A DNA stretch of 64,000 nucleotides from an uncultured cyanobacterium (GTDB lineage: Bacteria > Cyanobacteriota > Cyanobacteriia > PCC-9006 > JAAUQQ01). The notes under the pieces were generated by a model. The model was not told the origin of the DNA and did no database searches. It was given only the letters and a program-made list of their open reading frames with translations. Shown here piece by piece: positions 27,204 to 36,604 of the stretch; position 1 is the stretch's first letter; the number at the start of each line of letters is the position of its first letter. The stretch spans positions 2,112,001 through 2,176,000 of the forward strand of contig OY970368.1 in NCBI GenBank assembly GCA_963718615.1, written 5' to 3'. Made by a program: the position numbers and the translations under genes.

Positions 27204-29378
27204 TTACCTTGCAAGAAAACTAGATAATTTGCCTATTGTAGGAACACACTCAATCTCTCGAATTCTTTGATAGCCTGCTCTTCTAATTTCTTCGGCCTTT
27301 CGTTGTCCCGAAGAAGATTTTAGTAACCATTCAACTACTTCGCCCATCTCCTCCAGTGGACAGGAAACAAAATGTATATTCGGCTCCAACCCCGGAACAT
27401 CGTGACAAGGCTCCGTCACCACCAACGTGTTTTGCCACAACCCATGAAACACGATCCGATGCCACTCGAAATAGGGCAACTCATCCCTATGGACATTTAA
27501 TAAAATTTTGCTACGCCGACTCAGGCCAATCACCGCATCCGTATTCAATGCCTGCCCCTGCCCCTGAATAAACGGATCCCCCATGGGCGGAATATGCAAA
27601 AAGCAGCGGTACTGATGCAGCCAGGAAGCGCTTTTAGCAAAAAACTGCTCCCGCCGAGGATTCAACGTCCCCACAAAATGAAGATCAATCGGACGCTCCG
27701 ACAGCGGTGCATCAATCGCCGGACGCTGCCGCCGCACCTGCGGACTCAAACTGCGCAGCGCCAACAAATCCGGCAACGCCTCCGACCCCACAAACGGCTG
27801 ATAATCCTCCAAATACCCCAACGGCAACCACTGAGCAGGCAACCCCAACTCCCGCAAAATCGCCGCCGATTTGACATTAATATCCAAAATCAGCTGCGCC
27901 TTGCGCAAAAAGTGAAACGCCTTCGAGAACCAAGTCGTCTGGGGCTGCTCCACATTCACCATGATCGCCCCGGCCCACCAGTCCTTTTGACCCGCCCGCT
28001 GCAAGCCCTCACCCAAATAGAAAAACTCATGGGGTGCCACAATGATATGGCCATCGAGATAATCCGGCGGAGCATCCTGTTCACTCAACCGCATCGCCTG
28101 ATGTCCACAGCGCTCCAACGCCGCCGCAATCAAATCGGCAATCTCCCCAATGAAATAATTGCCCATCGAACTGCAATACACGCCGAAGGTTTGGGTTTGT
28201 GCCGTTGCGTTCTGCGCCGGACGAACGCGGTTCGTCCCTACGGGATGATCCTGGATGCAGGCTAAATAATCTGCATCGGAAGGCGTCGGTTCATACAACA
28301 GGTGGGCAAACTGCTGCGCCGAAAACGCAACCCGACCCTCCCTCGCCCCAACAGCCAAATAATGCTCCAGCGGGCAAACCCCCGTTGCTGCCACATCCGG
28401 ATTCTCATCCAGATATAATGCATGACTGAAAAACCCATGGGGAGAATGGGCCTGCGATCGCCCAAACCCATAATAATGGGCCAACGGATTCACCCCCAGC
28501 TCAGCCGCTTCCCGCGCTTGGTTCAGATAGTATCCACCATCAAACAACGGATTCGGACGATAGCCCCGCCCCGCACCAACCGTTAGGTAGTGATCCAGCA
28601 ACCGTTCCGACGAAGGGTCTTCGATCTCAACAGCATTCGCCAGCCGATAATAGTCCGGATCAAACAAATGGGTCATGGCCAATAGCCGCTTCACCAACGC
28701 CAGATCCAACAACTGCTTCGCATCCGTCAGCCTCGGTTCATCTGCCCCCAACCCAACCGCCGCCCGCGCCAACCACGCCTCAGCTTGGGTCGAGTCCCTG
28801 GGAGCCAGCAACTGCGCCAACATCAACGCCGACGCCCGATCGCCCGGTTGAATTTGCAATGCCATTTGGTAGGAGGCGATCGCCTCCTCAAACTTTCCCC
28901 GCCTGATCCGCTCCTCGGCCAGCTCCTGATAGAGCGCCACATCCCGAGGATTTTCACGAATCAACTGTTCCAAAGACTCACTCAGTTTCGCCCCCACCGG
29001 CTCCATCTCTGGGTCTAGGGTTTGGGCCTGCCGATAGGCCCCTCGCGCCGCCGCCCACCGCTGTTGCCCAGCAAACGCCATCCCCAAACTATAGTGAGAC
29101 CAAGCAAACTCCGGGTTCAGCTCAACCGCTCGCTGCAAAGCTTCCGCCGCTCCCGTCCAATCCTCCAACTCCAGCAAAACATTGCCTAAATTGTGGTGCG
29201 ACCAAGAAAACTCCGGATTGAGGGCGATCGCCTCTCGATAAGCCGCCGCCGCCTCTTCCCAATTTCCTTGCTGCCGCAACTCCTCCCCCCGAACATGCCA
29301 CTGCATCGCCTCTCGCACCGCCGGATCCGCAGACCCTTGACCTTGCTCAGCAACTTCAGCGACCGCCGGGGTTATGAC
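27204..29378 (-). CDS. TPR plus glycosyltransferase-like protein; probably entered by -1 frameshift from the upstream TPR ORF (alternative ATG at 29306)
   Basis: TPR units, LFDPDYY/HY..G repeats, FVGTLNPRR, SKILLNVHR..FEWHR; frame is open through the slippery site. Confidence 0.75.
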   Translation of the reverse strand, partial: VITPAVAEVAEQGQGSADPAVREAMQWHVRGEELRQQGNWEEAAAAYREAIALNPEFSWSHHNLGNVLLELEDWTGAAEALQRAVELNPEFAWSHYSLGMAFAGQQRWAAARGAYRQAQTLDPEMEPVGAKLSESLEQLIRENPRDVALYQELAEERIRRGKFEEAIASYQMALQIQPGDRASALMLAQLLAPRDSTQAEAWLARAAVGLGADEPRLTDAKQLLDLALVKRLLAMTHLFDPDYYRLANAVEIEDPSSERLLDHYLTVGAGRGYRPNPLFDGGYYLNQAREAAELGVNPLAHYYGFGRSQAHSPHGFFSHALYLDENPDVAATGVCPLEHYLAVGAREGRVAFSAQQFAHLLYEPTPSDADYLACIQDHPVGTNRVRPAQNATAQTQTFGVYCSSMGNYFIGEIADLIAAALERCGHQAMRLSEQDAPPDYLDGHIIVAPHEFFYLGEGLQRAGQKDWWAGAIMVNVEQPQTTWFSKAFHFLRKAQLILDINVKSAAILRELGLPAQWLPLGYLEDYQPFVGSEALPDLLALRSLSPQVRRQRPAIDAPLSERPIDLHFVGTLNPRREQFFAKSASWLHQYRCFLHIPPMGDPFIQGQGQALNTDAVIGLSRRSKILLNVHRDELPYFEWHRIVFHGLWQNTLVVTEPCHDVPGLEPNIHFVSCPLEEMGEVVEWLLKSSSGQRKAEEIRRAGYQRIREIECVPTIGKLSSFLAR

Positions 29379-31204
29379 TTTTTTGCAACCGTCGCCCCCT
29401 GCCCCTGCCCCTGCACTTCCAACGCCTTGCGATAGGCCACCAACGCCCCCGCCTGATCCCCCTGGGTCTCCAACACCCGACCGAGGTATTCGTAGGCGAT
29501 CGCCATCTTCGGCTGCAACCGCACCGCCTGCCGAAAACAAACCTTCGCCGAATCCAACTGCCCCTGCTTCACCAACGCATTCGCCAAATTGAAATACTGC
29601 TCCGCCGAAGCCCAACTCGGCTCCCGCTTAAACGCCTCAAACCAAGCCAACGCCGCCGCCTCCCGCCGGTTCGCCTGGGTCAACGCCCGCGCCAACTCCC
29701 GATATACCGCCGGTTGTTCCGGATTCAACCGCAACGACTGCTGATAATATTCGATCGCCCGCGCCCAATTCTTCTCCTCCGCCTGCAACTGACCCGAGCG
29801 CGCATAGTTCTCCGCCGATTGCAAAGCCTCCGACCCCGTAGGCTGCAACACCTGGTCCCGCCGTACCCCCTCCGCCGAAGCATCCGTCGGACGATTGGAA
29901 CGCGATCGCAACTGTTTCGACTCCTGCAACAACTTCTGGAGCAACTGATGGCCATTGGGAATCGTCTGCACCGGATTCACCGCTTCGTTCTTCGGGGTTG
30001 TTTGGGCGATCGCGCCCTCCGGATTGATCGAAATTCCCGCCTCCAACACCTTGCGATAATAGAGCGTCGCCGCCTGCCAATCCCCCTGCTTCTCCAGCAA
30101 ATCCGCCAAGGGCCGATAGGCCGCCACAAAACTGCTGTCCACCTCGATCGCCCGACGGTAGCTGGCGATCGCCTTCACCTCCTCCCCTTCCTTCAACCAG
30201 AAATTCGCCACCCGGAAATGTTCCGCCGCCGTCCCCGCCTCCGGCGATAGCACCAACGCCTGGGCCAAGGCATCCGCCGCTGCATCGGTTTTCCCCAAAA
30301 CCTCTAGAATCTTAGCCATGGGTCGATAAAACTCAGAACAGGGGCGGAGATTGATCGCCTTTTGATAGTAAAGCGCCGCATCGTCCCATTCCTGCTGCCG
30401 CGCGTAGAGACTGCCCAGATTGGCATACACCTCCGGAAACCGAGGATTCGCCAACAGTGCCCGCGCATAGTGCGCCATGGAATCAATCCCGTGGCCCATC
30501 TCCTGCAAAATATTGCCAATCAACTTGTGAGCCTCCGCCACATCCGGCGCGACCGCCAGGGCTTCCTCACAGGCGGCGATCGCCTTCTCCCACTGCTCCT
30601 GCTTCATGTAAGCCTTGGCCTGACGGATAAACACCGTCATCGCCTCCCCTTCCAGCCCCGACTCTTCCACCGCTAGGGTTCCGGTTCCCTGGGGCAAAAC
30701 CGTGATCGGCGTCGCTACAGATAGCTCTGCCTCATCGCTAGGAATGCTATCTGAGTGGATATTCTCTGGATGGGCATGATCTGGATGGGTACTCTCTTGT
30801 TGTGCCACTGCACCAGAAAGGGGTGCGTCAGAACGTGATGTACCAGAAAGTGGGCCTGAAAAGAAAGCTTGATTCATCGAATTTGCTATCGAATTTGCGG
30901 TTGTTTCCACGACTGTTTGCCCTTGAGCAATCTCATCCTCTGGAACAGGGGCTTCTCCCGGAATAGGGTCTTCTCCCTGAACAGGTTCTTCTTCTTGAAC
31001 CCGCTCCAAATCCTCAGCCGGAGCCTCATCTGCTGGGGGAGATTGAAGCTGAGCTGCGATTAAATCCAGTTCCTCCGAATCCACAATCGAAGCAATTGAG
31101 TCAGAGTCCAACGTCGTTGCAGTCGTTTCTGCGGTGACTGAATTGACCGAATTGCCTGAATTGAAATCCGAATGTCCGAGTCCCTTAAAAAAATTCACAA
31201 ACAC
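29372..31204 (-). CDS. TPR-repeat protein with long acidic disordered N-terminus
   Basis: Multiple TPRs (EVYANLGSLYARQQEW); ends GCA AAA AAG TCA TAA. Confidence 0.85.
   Translation of the reverse strand: MFVNFFKGLGHSDFNSGNSVNSVTAETTATTLDSDSIASIVDSEELDLIAAQLQSPPADEAPAEDLERVQEEEPVQGEDPIPGEAPVPEDEIAQGQTVVETTANSIANSMNQAFFSGPLSGTSRSDAPLSGAVAQQESTHPDHAHPENIHSDSIPSDEAELSVATPITVLPQGTGTLAVEESGLEGEAMTVFIRQAKAYMKQEQWEKAIAACEEALAVAPDVAEAHKLIGNILQEMGHGIDSMAHYARALLANPRFPEVYANLGSLYARQQEWDDAALYYQKAINLRPCSEFYRPMAKILEVLGKTDAAADALAQALVLSPEAGTAAEHFRVANFWLKEGEEVKAIASYRRAIEVDSSFVAAYRPLADLLEKQGDWQAATLYYRKVLEAGISINPEGAIAQTTPKNEAVNPVQTIPNGHQLLQKLLQESKQLRSRSNRPTDASAEGVRRDQVLQPTGSEALQSAENYARSGQLQAEEKNWARAIEYYQQSLRLNPEQPAVYRELARALTQANRREAAALAWFEAFKREPSWASAEQYFNLANALVKQGQLDSAKVCFRQAVRLQPKMAIAYEYLGRVLETQGDQAGALVAYRKALEVQGQGQGATVAKKS
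29378..29400 (-). promoter_or_regulatory. Candidate -1 programmed ribosomal frameshift signal
   Basis: Minus strand AGGGGG CGACGGTTGC A_AAA_AAG TCA TAA: SD-like hexamer, 10-nt spacer, in-phase slippery heptamer. Confidence 0.65.
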
Positions 31205-31656
31205 TATTTAACCTCTATTAAAAAGGTCATTAAAACTATTGATTTCCTATAACAGCCCTAGGGTTATCTAAGGCGATCGCAAACATAACGTTGCGCTAGA
31301 TCTGGCTAGACCTGTACTAGATCTGTGCACAGAACCAGAGCACTGGTAGATAGCTAAAATGCCTTCACGACTGCCGACTAGGAGCAGTCCCTAACGCTTC
31401 AGGCTGTTTGAGCGTTGTTGAATTTTGATTGGTTTTCTCGTTGCCGACAGCTCTGGACAAACTGCCTAGCCCACTGACTGTGTGAAATATCATACCGCTA
31501 AACCCTTAAAAGTTCCATAAATTTCCCATCGGTTTTATTCAATTTTTGTTCTTTAGTCTGGTCTTCAACAGGAGATACAAATCATTCTTCTGTCGCGGTT
31601 CAATCCCATCCGTATAAAACCTGACTTTTTGTTCCCTACAAAATCTGACTTTCTGG

Positions 31657-31682
31657 GGGACAGGGCACCGCCCTGTCCCTAC
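31657..31682 (-). terminator. GTAG-REP-like 10-bp hairpin overlapping the ABC permease stop codon
   Basis: Minus strand GTAGGGACAGGGC-GGT-GCCCTGTCCC. Confidence 0.5.
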
Positions 31683-34327
31683 TCTTGGCGGATGGCCGCT
31701 GAAATATTCATTTGGCTCAGCCGTAGCGCGGGGTAAAGACCCGCCAGCAGCGCAGCCACCAAAGCGACCAACCAAGCCTGCCAAAAATACTGAGGCAAAA
31801 TCACCATCCGCAACGTCCAGCCAAAGGAGCGCACATTAATCACATAGACCAAAATCCAAGCCAAGGCATACCCCAGGGGCATGGCAAACACCCCCGCCAG
31901 TGTCCCCATCAGCCCCGTTTCCAGCAGCGTCAGGCGACGCAATTGCCCCGGTGTCATCCCCAAGGCCCGCAGCGTTCCCAGTTCGCGGGTGCGCTCCAGT
32001 TGCAGACTCATCAGCGTGCTGAGAACCCCGATAAAGGCGACGACGATCGCCAACAGTCTCAGGGCGTTGGTAATGGCGAAGGTGCGATCGAAAATCTCCA
32101 GGGAACCTTGGCGCAGGCTGCGGTTGGACTGCACCGACAGGGCTTGCCGATCCTTGAACTGTTGTTGAATGGCTGCAACAGTAGCATCGACATCGGCATC
32201 GGGACCCACAAACAGACCGATGGAAGCGATGCTGGGGTCTTGCCAGAGATCGATGTAGCGATCGTCATCCAAGATAATCGTGCCCTGGTCGGAGGAATAG
32301 TCGTAGAACACGGCAATCACCGGGAAGGTTTTCTCCCCCTGGGGCGATTCCAGGGTCACCGTCGTGGGAATCTCGCTGAGGTTTTCCCGCAGCATCAAGG
32401 TTTCTGAAATAATCACCCCTTCCCCCGCATCCAGAGCAGGCCAGGGATTTTTGCCCAGGTCGGGGCGGATCCAGGCGTAGGGGCGTTTGCCATGGGAAAT
32501 ATCCCCGGCGGCGGCGATCAGTTTGGCGTTGCGCTGGGCGGGATGGTTGTCTAGGGCTGTGACCGTGACATCGGCGTCGTTGTAGGTGACGGCATCGGTG
32601 AGACCGGGCCAGCGTTTGAGTTCGGCGGCGATCGCCGGATCCAGTTTCCCCAGCACCCGATTCGCCGTGGCCGAGGGGGGCGAGACATAGATATCCGCTT
32701 GCAGGGTTTGGTCGAGCCACTGGATGACGGTGCCCCGGAAGGAGCCGATCATAATCGAAACGCCGACGATGACGGACACCGAGACCATCAGCGCTGCCGT
32801 GGCGACGGAGGTGCGGCTGAGCGATCGCAAAATATCCCGAGGAGCCAACCGGCCCAAAACCCCCAACGTCGCTGCCCCCAAGGGTTCCAGCAGCCGCATG
32901 CCCAAGGCCATCAGCGGCGGCGTCAGCAGCGCCGCCCCCAGCAAAATCGCAAACAACCCCGCAAAGGCTGCCACCAACCCGCCACCGGACCAGCGCAACA
33001 GGCTAATCCCCGCGCCGGTGGCGGCAACCCAGGCCGCGACGAGCAAGGGGAGGAGGTTGAGGATTTTGGATTCCAGTGTGGAACGTTGCAGCGTCAGGGT
33101 GGGGGGCGTGTTCATGGCCTCGAAGGCCGGTAGCCCAGCGGCAACGAGGGCGGCGGCGATGCCGACGATCAGACCTTTGGCGATCGTAAAGTTGGACAGG
33201 GTGATCTGCTGGACGCTGACCACAAAGTAAAAATCATTAATCGTCTGGGTAATTAGCCCGACGATGCTGCGGCCCAGGACAATCCCCAGCCCCACGCCCA
33301 GAACCGAACCGATAACGCTAAAAATCGCCGCTTCCCCGATGATCAGCGTCAACAGTTGCCCCTGGGTGACGCCCAAACAGCGCAAAATCCCAAAGATAGG
33401 CCGCCGCTGAATCACGCTAAACGTCACGGTGTTGTAGATCAAAAACATACCAACCACCAGCGCCAGCAGACTCAATGCCGTCAAATTCAGCTCAAACGCC
33501 GCCGTCATTTGCTGGACTGCGTTTTTCTGGGCCTCGGCCAATTCCAGCTTGAGTCCGGTCGGCAGTTGGGCTTTGAGGGTGTCCAGCAGGGGCTGTTGCT
33601 CCGCTGCGACCCGCAGGTCAATCTGGCTGAGTTTCCCCTTTTGGCCGAGTAATTCCTGGGCCGTTGCAATATCGGTAAAGAGCAAATTGCTAAGGGCGCG
33701 GCGGTTGAGGCTATCGGTCGAGGTAATTTCGCCCACCACCCGCACGGTTTGAATTTTTCCGGCGAGGTCGAGATGGAGTGAATCACCGAGGGCAAGGGAG
33801 TAGCGATCGCCCACCTCCCCAGACAGCACCACCGTATTCGGCTCACTCAAAAACTGCAGCCAGTCATTGCCCCCATTGTTATCCCCGTTATCCCCCTTAT
33901 CCCCGTTTCCGTTGCTTTCCAGATCACCCAAATAGCTGCGAAAGGGAGATTCCGAGAAAAAATCCACCCCGACAATGCGAAAGGGTTGCCGGTCTAACTC
34001 CTCGACCACGGCGTAGCCTTCCACCAAGGGAGCCATGGGAATGGCGTTGAAAGAGGGGGTAACGCTGCGGCGGAGGTTGCTATAGACGGAGTCGTCGATG
34101 CCGGTGGGGGCGATCGCCACAATCCGATGGGTTGTCTGTCCGGTAATCGCATCCGTCGCCAGCCCAAAGGCCCGCTGGGCCGAGCCATTGGCGAGGTCGA
34201 TGGACACCATCATGGCGACGCCGACCGCGATCCCGATGATGCAGAGCAGATATTGCAGGGGCCGTTGGCGCAAACGGTTCCAGGCCAATCGCCACAGGGG
34301 ACGATTTGAGACGATCGATCCGTTCAT
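31679..34327 (-). CDS. ABC transporter permease, FtsX-like (two MacB/FtsX modules)
   Basis: GIAVGVAMMVSIDLAN, LSLLALVVGMFLIYNT, ERTRELGTLRALG. Confidence 0.9.
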   Translation of the reverse strand: MNGSIVSNRPLWRLAWNRLRQRPLQYLLCIIGIAVGVAMMVSIDLANGSAQRAFGLATDAITGQTTHRIVAIAPTGIDDSVYSNLRRSVTPSFNAIPMAPLVEGYAVVEELDRQPFRIVGVDFFSESPFRSYLGDLESNGNGDKGDNGDNNGGNDWLQFLSEPNTVVLSGEVGDRYSLALGDSLHLDLAGKIQTVRVVGEITSTDSLNRRALSNLLFTDIATAQELLGQKGKLSQIDLRVAAEQQPLLDTLKAQLPTGLKLELAEAQKNAVQQMTAAFELNLTALSLLALVVGMFLIYNTVTFSVIQRRPIFGILRCLGVTQGQLLTLIIGEAAIFSVIGSVLGVGLGIVLGRSIVGLITQTINDFYFVVSVQQITLSNFTIAKGLIVGIAAALVAAGLPAFEAMNTPPTLTLQRSTLESKILNLLPLLVAAWVAATGAGISLLRWSGGGLVAAFAGLFAILLGAALLTPPLMALGMRLLEPLGAATLGVLGRLAPRDILRSLSRTSVATAALMVSVSVIVGVSIMIGSFRGTVIQWLDQTLQADIYVSPPSATANRVLGKLDPAIAAELKRWPGLTDAVTYNDADVTVTALDNHPAQRNAKLIAAAGDISHGKRPYAWIRPDLGKNPWPALDAGEGVIISETLMLRENLSEIPTTVTLESPQGEKTFPVIAVFYDYSSDQGTIILDDDRYIDLWQDPSIASIGLFVGPDADVDATVAAIQQQFKDRQALSVQSNRSLRQGSLEIFDRTFAITNALRLLAIVVAFIGVLSTLMSLQLERTRELGTLRALGMTPGQLRRLTLLETGLMGTLAGVFAMPLGYALAWILVYVINVRSFGWTLRMVILPQYFWQAWLVALVAALLAGLYPALRLSQMNISAAIRQE

Positions 34328-35502
34328 CGGGTAGCGAATCCCTGGGCGCGGCTGCTAGAGGGAATCGTCAAACAATGGTTGAGCTGTTCCCGCAATTGGT
34401 CGTGATCGAGATTTTGGCCAATCAAGACAATTTGGTTTTTCTTCGCGCCTTTCCACTCACTATCATCCAGCGTAAACCGCTTGCCGCTGAGGTGAAAAAT
34501 ATGGCGTTTTTGGCTCTCCTCAAACCAGAGAATGCCCTTGGCCCGAAAGATATTTTCCGACAGTTGGTTATCGAGAAAATATTGAAACTTGCGGATGGCA
34601 AAGGGGCGATCGCTCACAAAGGAAAGCGAGGTAAACCCATCTACAGCTAGGTGATCCGAATGATGCTGGTCGTGACCGTGATGGTCGTGATGGTCATGTT
34701 TATGATCGTGATCATGGTCGTGGGCGCAATGGCCATGGTCATGGTCGCAAGCGGAGTGATCCTCAGGGCCATGGTCATGATGGTCATGGTCATGATGGTC
34801 ATGCTCGTGATGGTCATGCTCGTGACCCGACGGCCCCTGCTCCTCCTGGCCAAAATACTGATCCGTCTCAAACAGCCCCACGCTCAAAATCAACGGCAAC
34901 GGCACTTCGCTATTCACCGTCCGCAAAATCCGCGCCCCATCCTTCACATCCCGCAGCTTCACTTCCAGTAGATCCAAATCCGCTTCATCGACCAAATCGG
35001 CCTTGTTGAGCAGCAAGGTATCCGCATACAAAATCTGATTGTGGGCCGCTTCGCTGTTAAACAAATCCAAACTGTAATTAGCCGCATCCACCACGGTGAC
35101 AATCGAATCCAGGCGCGTCAAATCCCGCAACTCGGTCCCTAAAAACGTCAGCGCCACGGGCAACGGATCCGCCAAGCCCGTTGTCTCCACGACGAGGTAA
35201 TCAATTTTGTCTTCTCGCTCCAGTACCCGGAACACCGCTTCGAGCAAATCGCTGTTGATCGTGCAGCAAATGCAGCCATTGCTCAGCTCCACCATGTCGT
35301 CGCCCGTGGCCACGATCAGCTCGTTGTCGATACCAATTTCGCCAAACTCATTCACCAGGACCGCCGTCTTCACCCCTTGCTGATTGGTCAGGATATGATT
35401 GAGCAGCGTGGTTTTGCCACTGCCCAAAAAGCCGGTGATGATGGTAACCGGCAGACCTTGTTTGGTGTCATCCATTGTGGCGATAGGCGCAGCGGTAATC
35501 AT
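34324..35502 (-). CDS. CobW/COG0523 family GTPase (metallochaperone) with His-rich insert
   Basis: TGFLGSGKTT, NEFGEIGID, GCICC, ETTGLADP, NKAD, RAKG. Confidence 0.92.
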   Translation of the reverse strand: MITAAPIATMDDTKQGLPVTIITGFLGSGKTTLLNHILTNQQGVKTAVLVNEFGEIGIDNELIVATGDDMVELSNGCICCTINSDLLEAVFRVLEREDKIDYLVVETTGLADPLPVALTFLGTELRDLTRLDSIVTVVDAANYSLDLFNSEAAHNQILYADTLLLNKADLVDEADLDLLEVKLRDVKDGARILRTVNSEVPLPLILSVGLFETDQYFGQEEQGPSGHEHDHHEHDHHDHDHHDHGPEDHSACDHDHGHCAHDHDHDHKHDHHDHHGHDQHHSDHLAVDGFTSLSFVSDRPFAIRKFQYFLDNQLSENIFRAKGILWFEESQKRHIFHLSGKRFTLDDSEWKGAKKNQIVLIGQNLDHDQLREQLNHCLTIPSSSRAQGFATR

Positions 35503-35526
35503 GGCGTTTCCGTTCAGTCGATGGCT

Positions 35527-35541
35527 TGAGAATCTTTCTCA
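35527..35541. promoter_or_regulatory. Candidate Zur box upstream of the CobW gene
   Basis: TGAGAATCTTTCTCA palindrome resembles the cyanobacterial TGATAATNATTATCA consensus; minus-strand TAAAAT at 35546-35551. Confidence 0.6.
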
Positions 35542-35580
35542 TCTGATTTTACCGCGATTTCTGGAGCGATAGGGGGGAGG

Positions 35581-36315
35581 ATGGCGGAGAGGGATTGGGA
35601 TCTGGAGCGGGGGTATTATGGTGACCGCTCGATGGAGGAGCGCAAAGCTTGGTATGACCCGGTGGCCCAGGCCTATGATCAGGCACGGCCTCGGTATCCG
35701 GCGGAGATTTTGGACCGGGCGATCGCCCTCGCCCCTCTCAAACCGGGCATGCGGCTGCTAGAAATTGGCTGTGGACCAGGGATCGCAACAACGGCACTGG
35801 CCGAACGGGGGTTTGCCCTAGTGGGGCTGGAGCCCAGCCGAGCGGCCTGGGAACGGGCACGACACCATTGTGCCGACTATGACCAGGTTGAGTTGCTCAA
35901 TGCTAATTTTGAGGAATGGCCCCTAGAGCCGGGGGCGTTTGATGCCGTGGTGGCTCCGATGCAGCCGGTGTATGCTCAGTACGCACCGGAGCTGGTTTGC
36001 TGTGAGGATCGGGTGCGCCAGGAGGGCCAGTTGCGGGAGCTGGGGGCAGCAGCGACGACGGGCCAAGGGAACGAGCTCGGGCTGTTTGAGGAGGTGGGGT
36101 TTGAGCGGGTGGATTGCGATCGCCGCTACACCATCGACGGATATTTAACGCTCCTCAGTACCCTCTCGCCTTACCTTGTGTTAGAAGCGGAGAAGCGGGC
36201 TGCATTATTTACCGCCTTAGCCTCGGTGCTACGCCAAACCAGCGGCGATGGCGTACAGGGCAGAGTAGTGCAGACCCACTACTTTTCGGCAGCCCATGTT
36301 CTGCGATCCCTTTAA
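35581..36315 (+). CDS. Class I SAM-dependent methyltransferase, possibly with an internal deletion
   Basis: YDQARPRYP, LEIGCGPG, FDAVVA; the usual ..FHW....L.PGG segment is absent. Confidence 0.7.
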   Translation: MAERDWDLERGYYGDRSMEERKAWYDPVAQAYDQARPRYPAEILDRAIALAPLKPGMRLLEIGCGPGIATTALAERGFALVGLEPSRAAWERARHHCADYDQVELLNANFEEWPLEPGAFDAVVAPMQPVYAQYAPELVCCEDRVRQEGQLRELGAAATTGQGNELGLFEEVGFERVDCDRRYTIDGYLTLLSTLSPYLVLEAEKRAALFTALASVLRQTSGDGVQGRVVQTHYFSAAHVLRSL

Positions 36316-36370
36316 CTGCGGTCTATTTAACTGCGGTCCCTTTAACGATTTCCTGAGGTCTGAATCCACC

Positions 36371-36586
36371 ATGTCTGATCCAAGCTCAAATCTCCCGTCA
36401 GAATCCAATCCCACGCCAACGCCAACCCATCCAGCCATTCAAGCCCAAACCAAAAAGCTCAAACGGCTTTACATTACGCTTATCTTGGTCGGGTTTGCCA
36501 TTGGTGGCGTCGTTTCCATTGGAGTCGTTGCCCTGATGCGTCATTTTGAATTGACCCAGGCTCCACGGGTGGAGTCAGGCCAGTAA
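36371..36586 (+). CDS. Small membrane hypothetical protein
   Basis: 71 aa, KKLKRLY followed by one hydrophobic helix. Confidence 0.6.
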   Translation: MSDPSSNLPSESNPTPTPTHPAIQAQTKKLKRLYITLILVGFAIGGVVSIGVVALMRHFELTQAPRVESGQ

Positions 36587-36604
36587 GGCTTTCCGGTCAG
36601 GCTT

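Larger units (their letters stand above)
17177..27380. mobile_element. AT-rich, HIP1-poor putative horizontally acquired glycan-modification island (no integrase seen)
   Basis: Visibly AT-rich; only one GCGATCGC spotted (19102) against dense HIP1 in the flanks; boundaries approximate. Confidence 0.75.

Noticed and set aside
29379-29615. ORF-track N-terminal extension of the 803-aa ORF
   Set aside because: It is an alternative-frame read of the upstream TPR gene with Gly-rich, non-protein-like composition
34670-34830. CATGAC-type tandem repeats as a separate element
   Set aside because: They encode the normal His-rich insert of CobW proteins
36311-36346. 15-nt tandem repeat TTTAACTGCGGTCYM
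   Set aside because: Only ~2.4 units at a gene end; most likely a local slippage duplication
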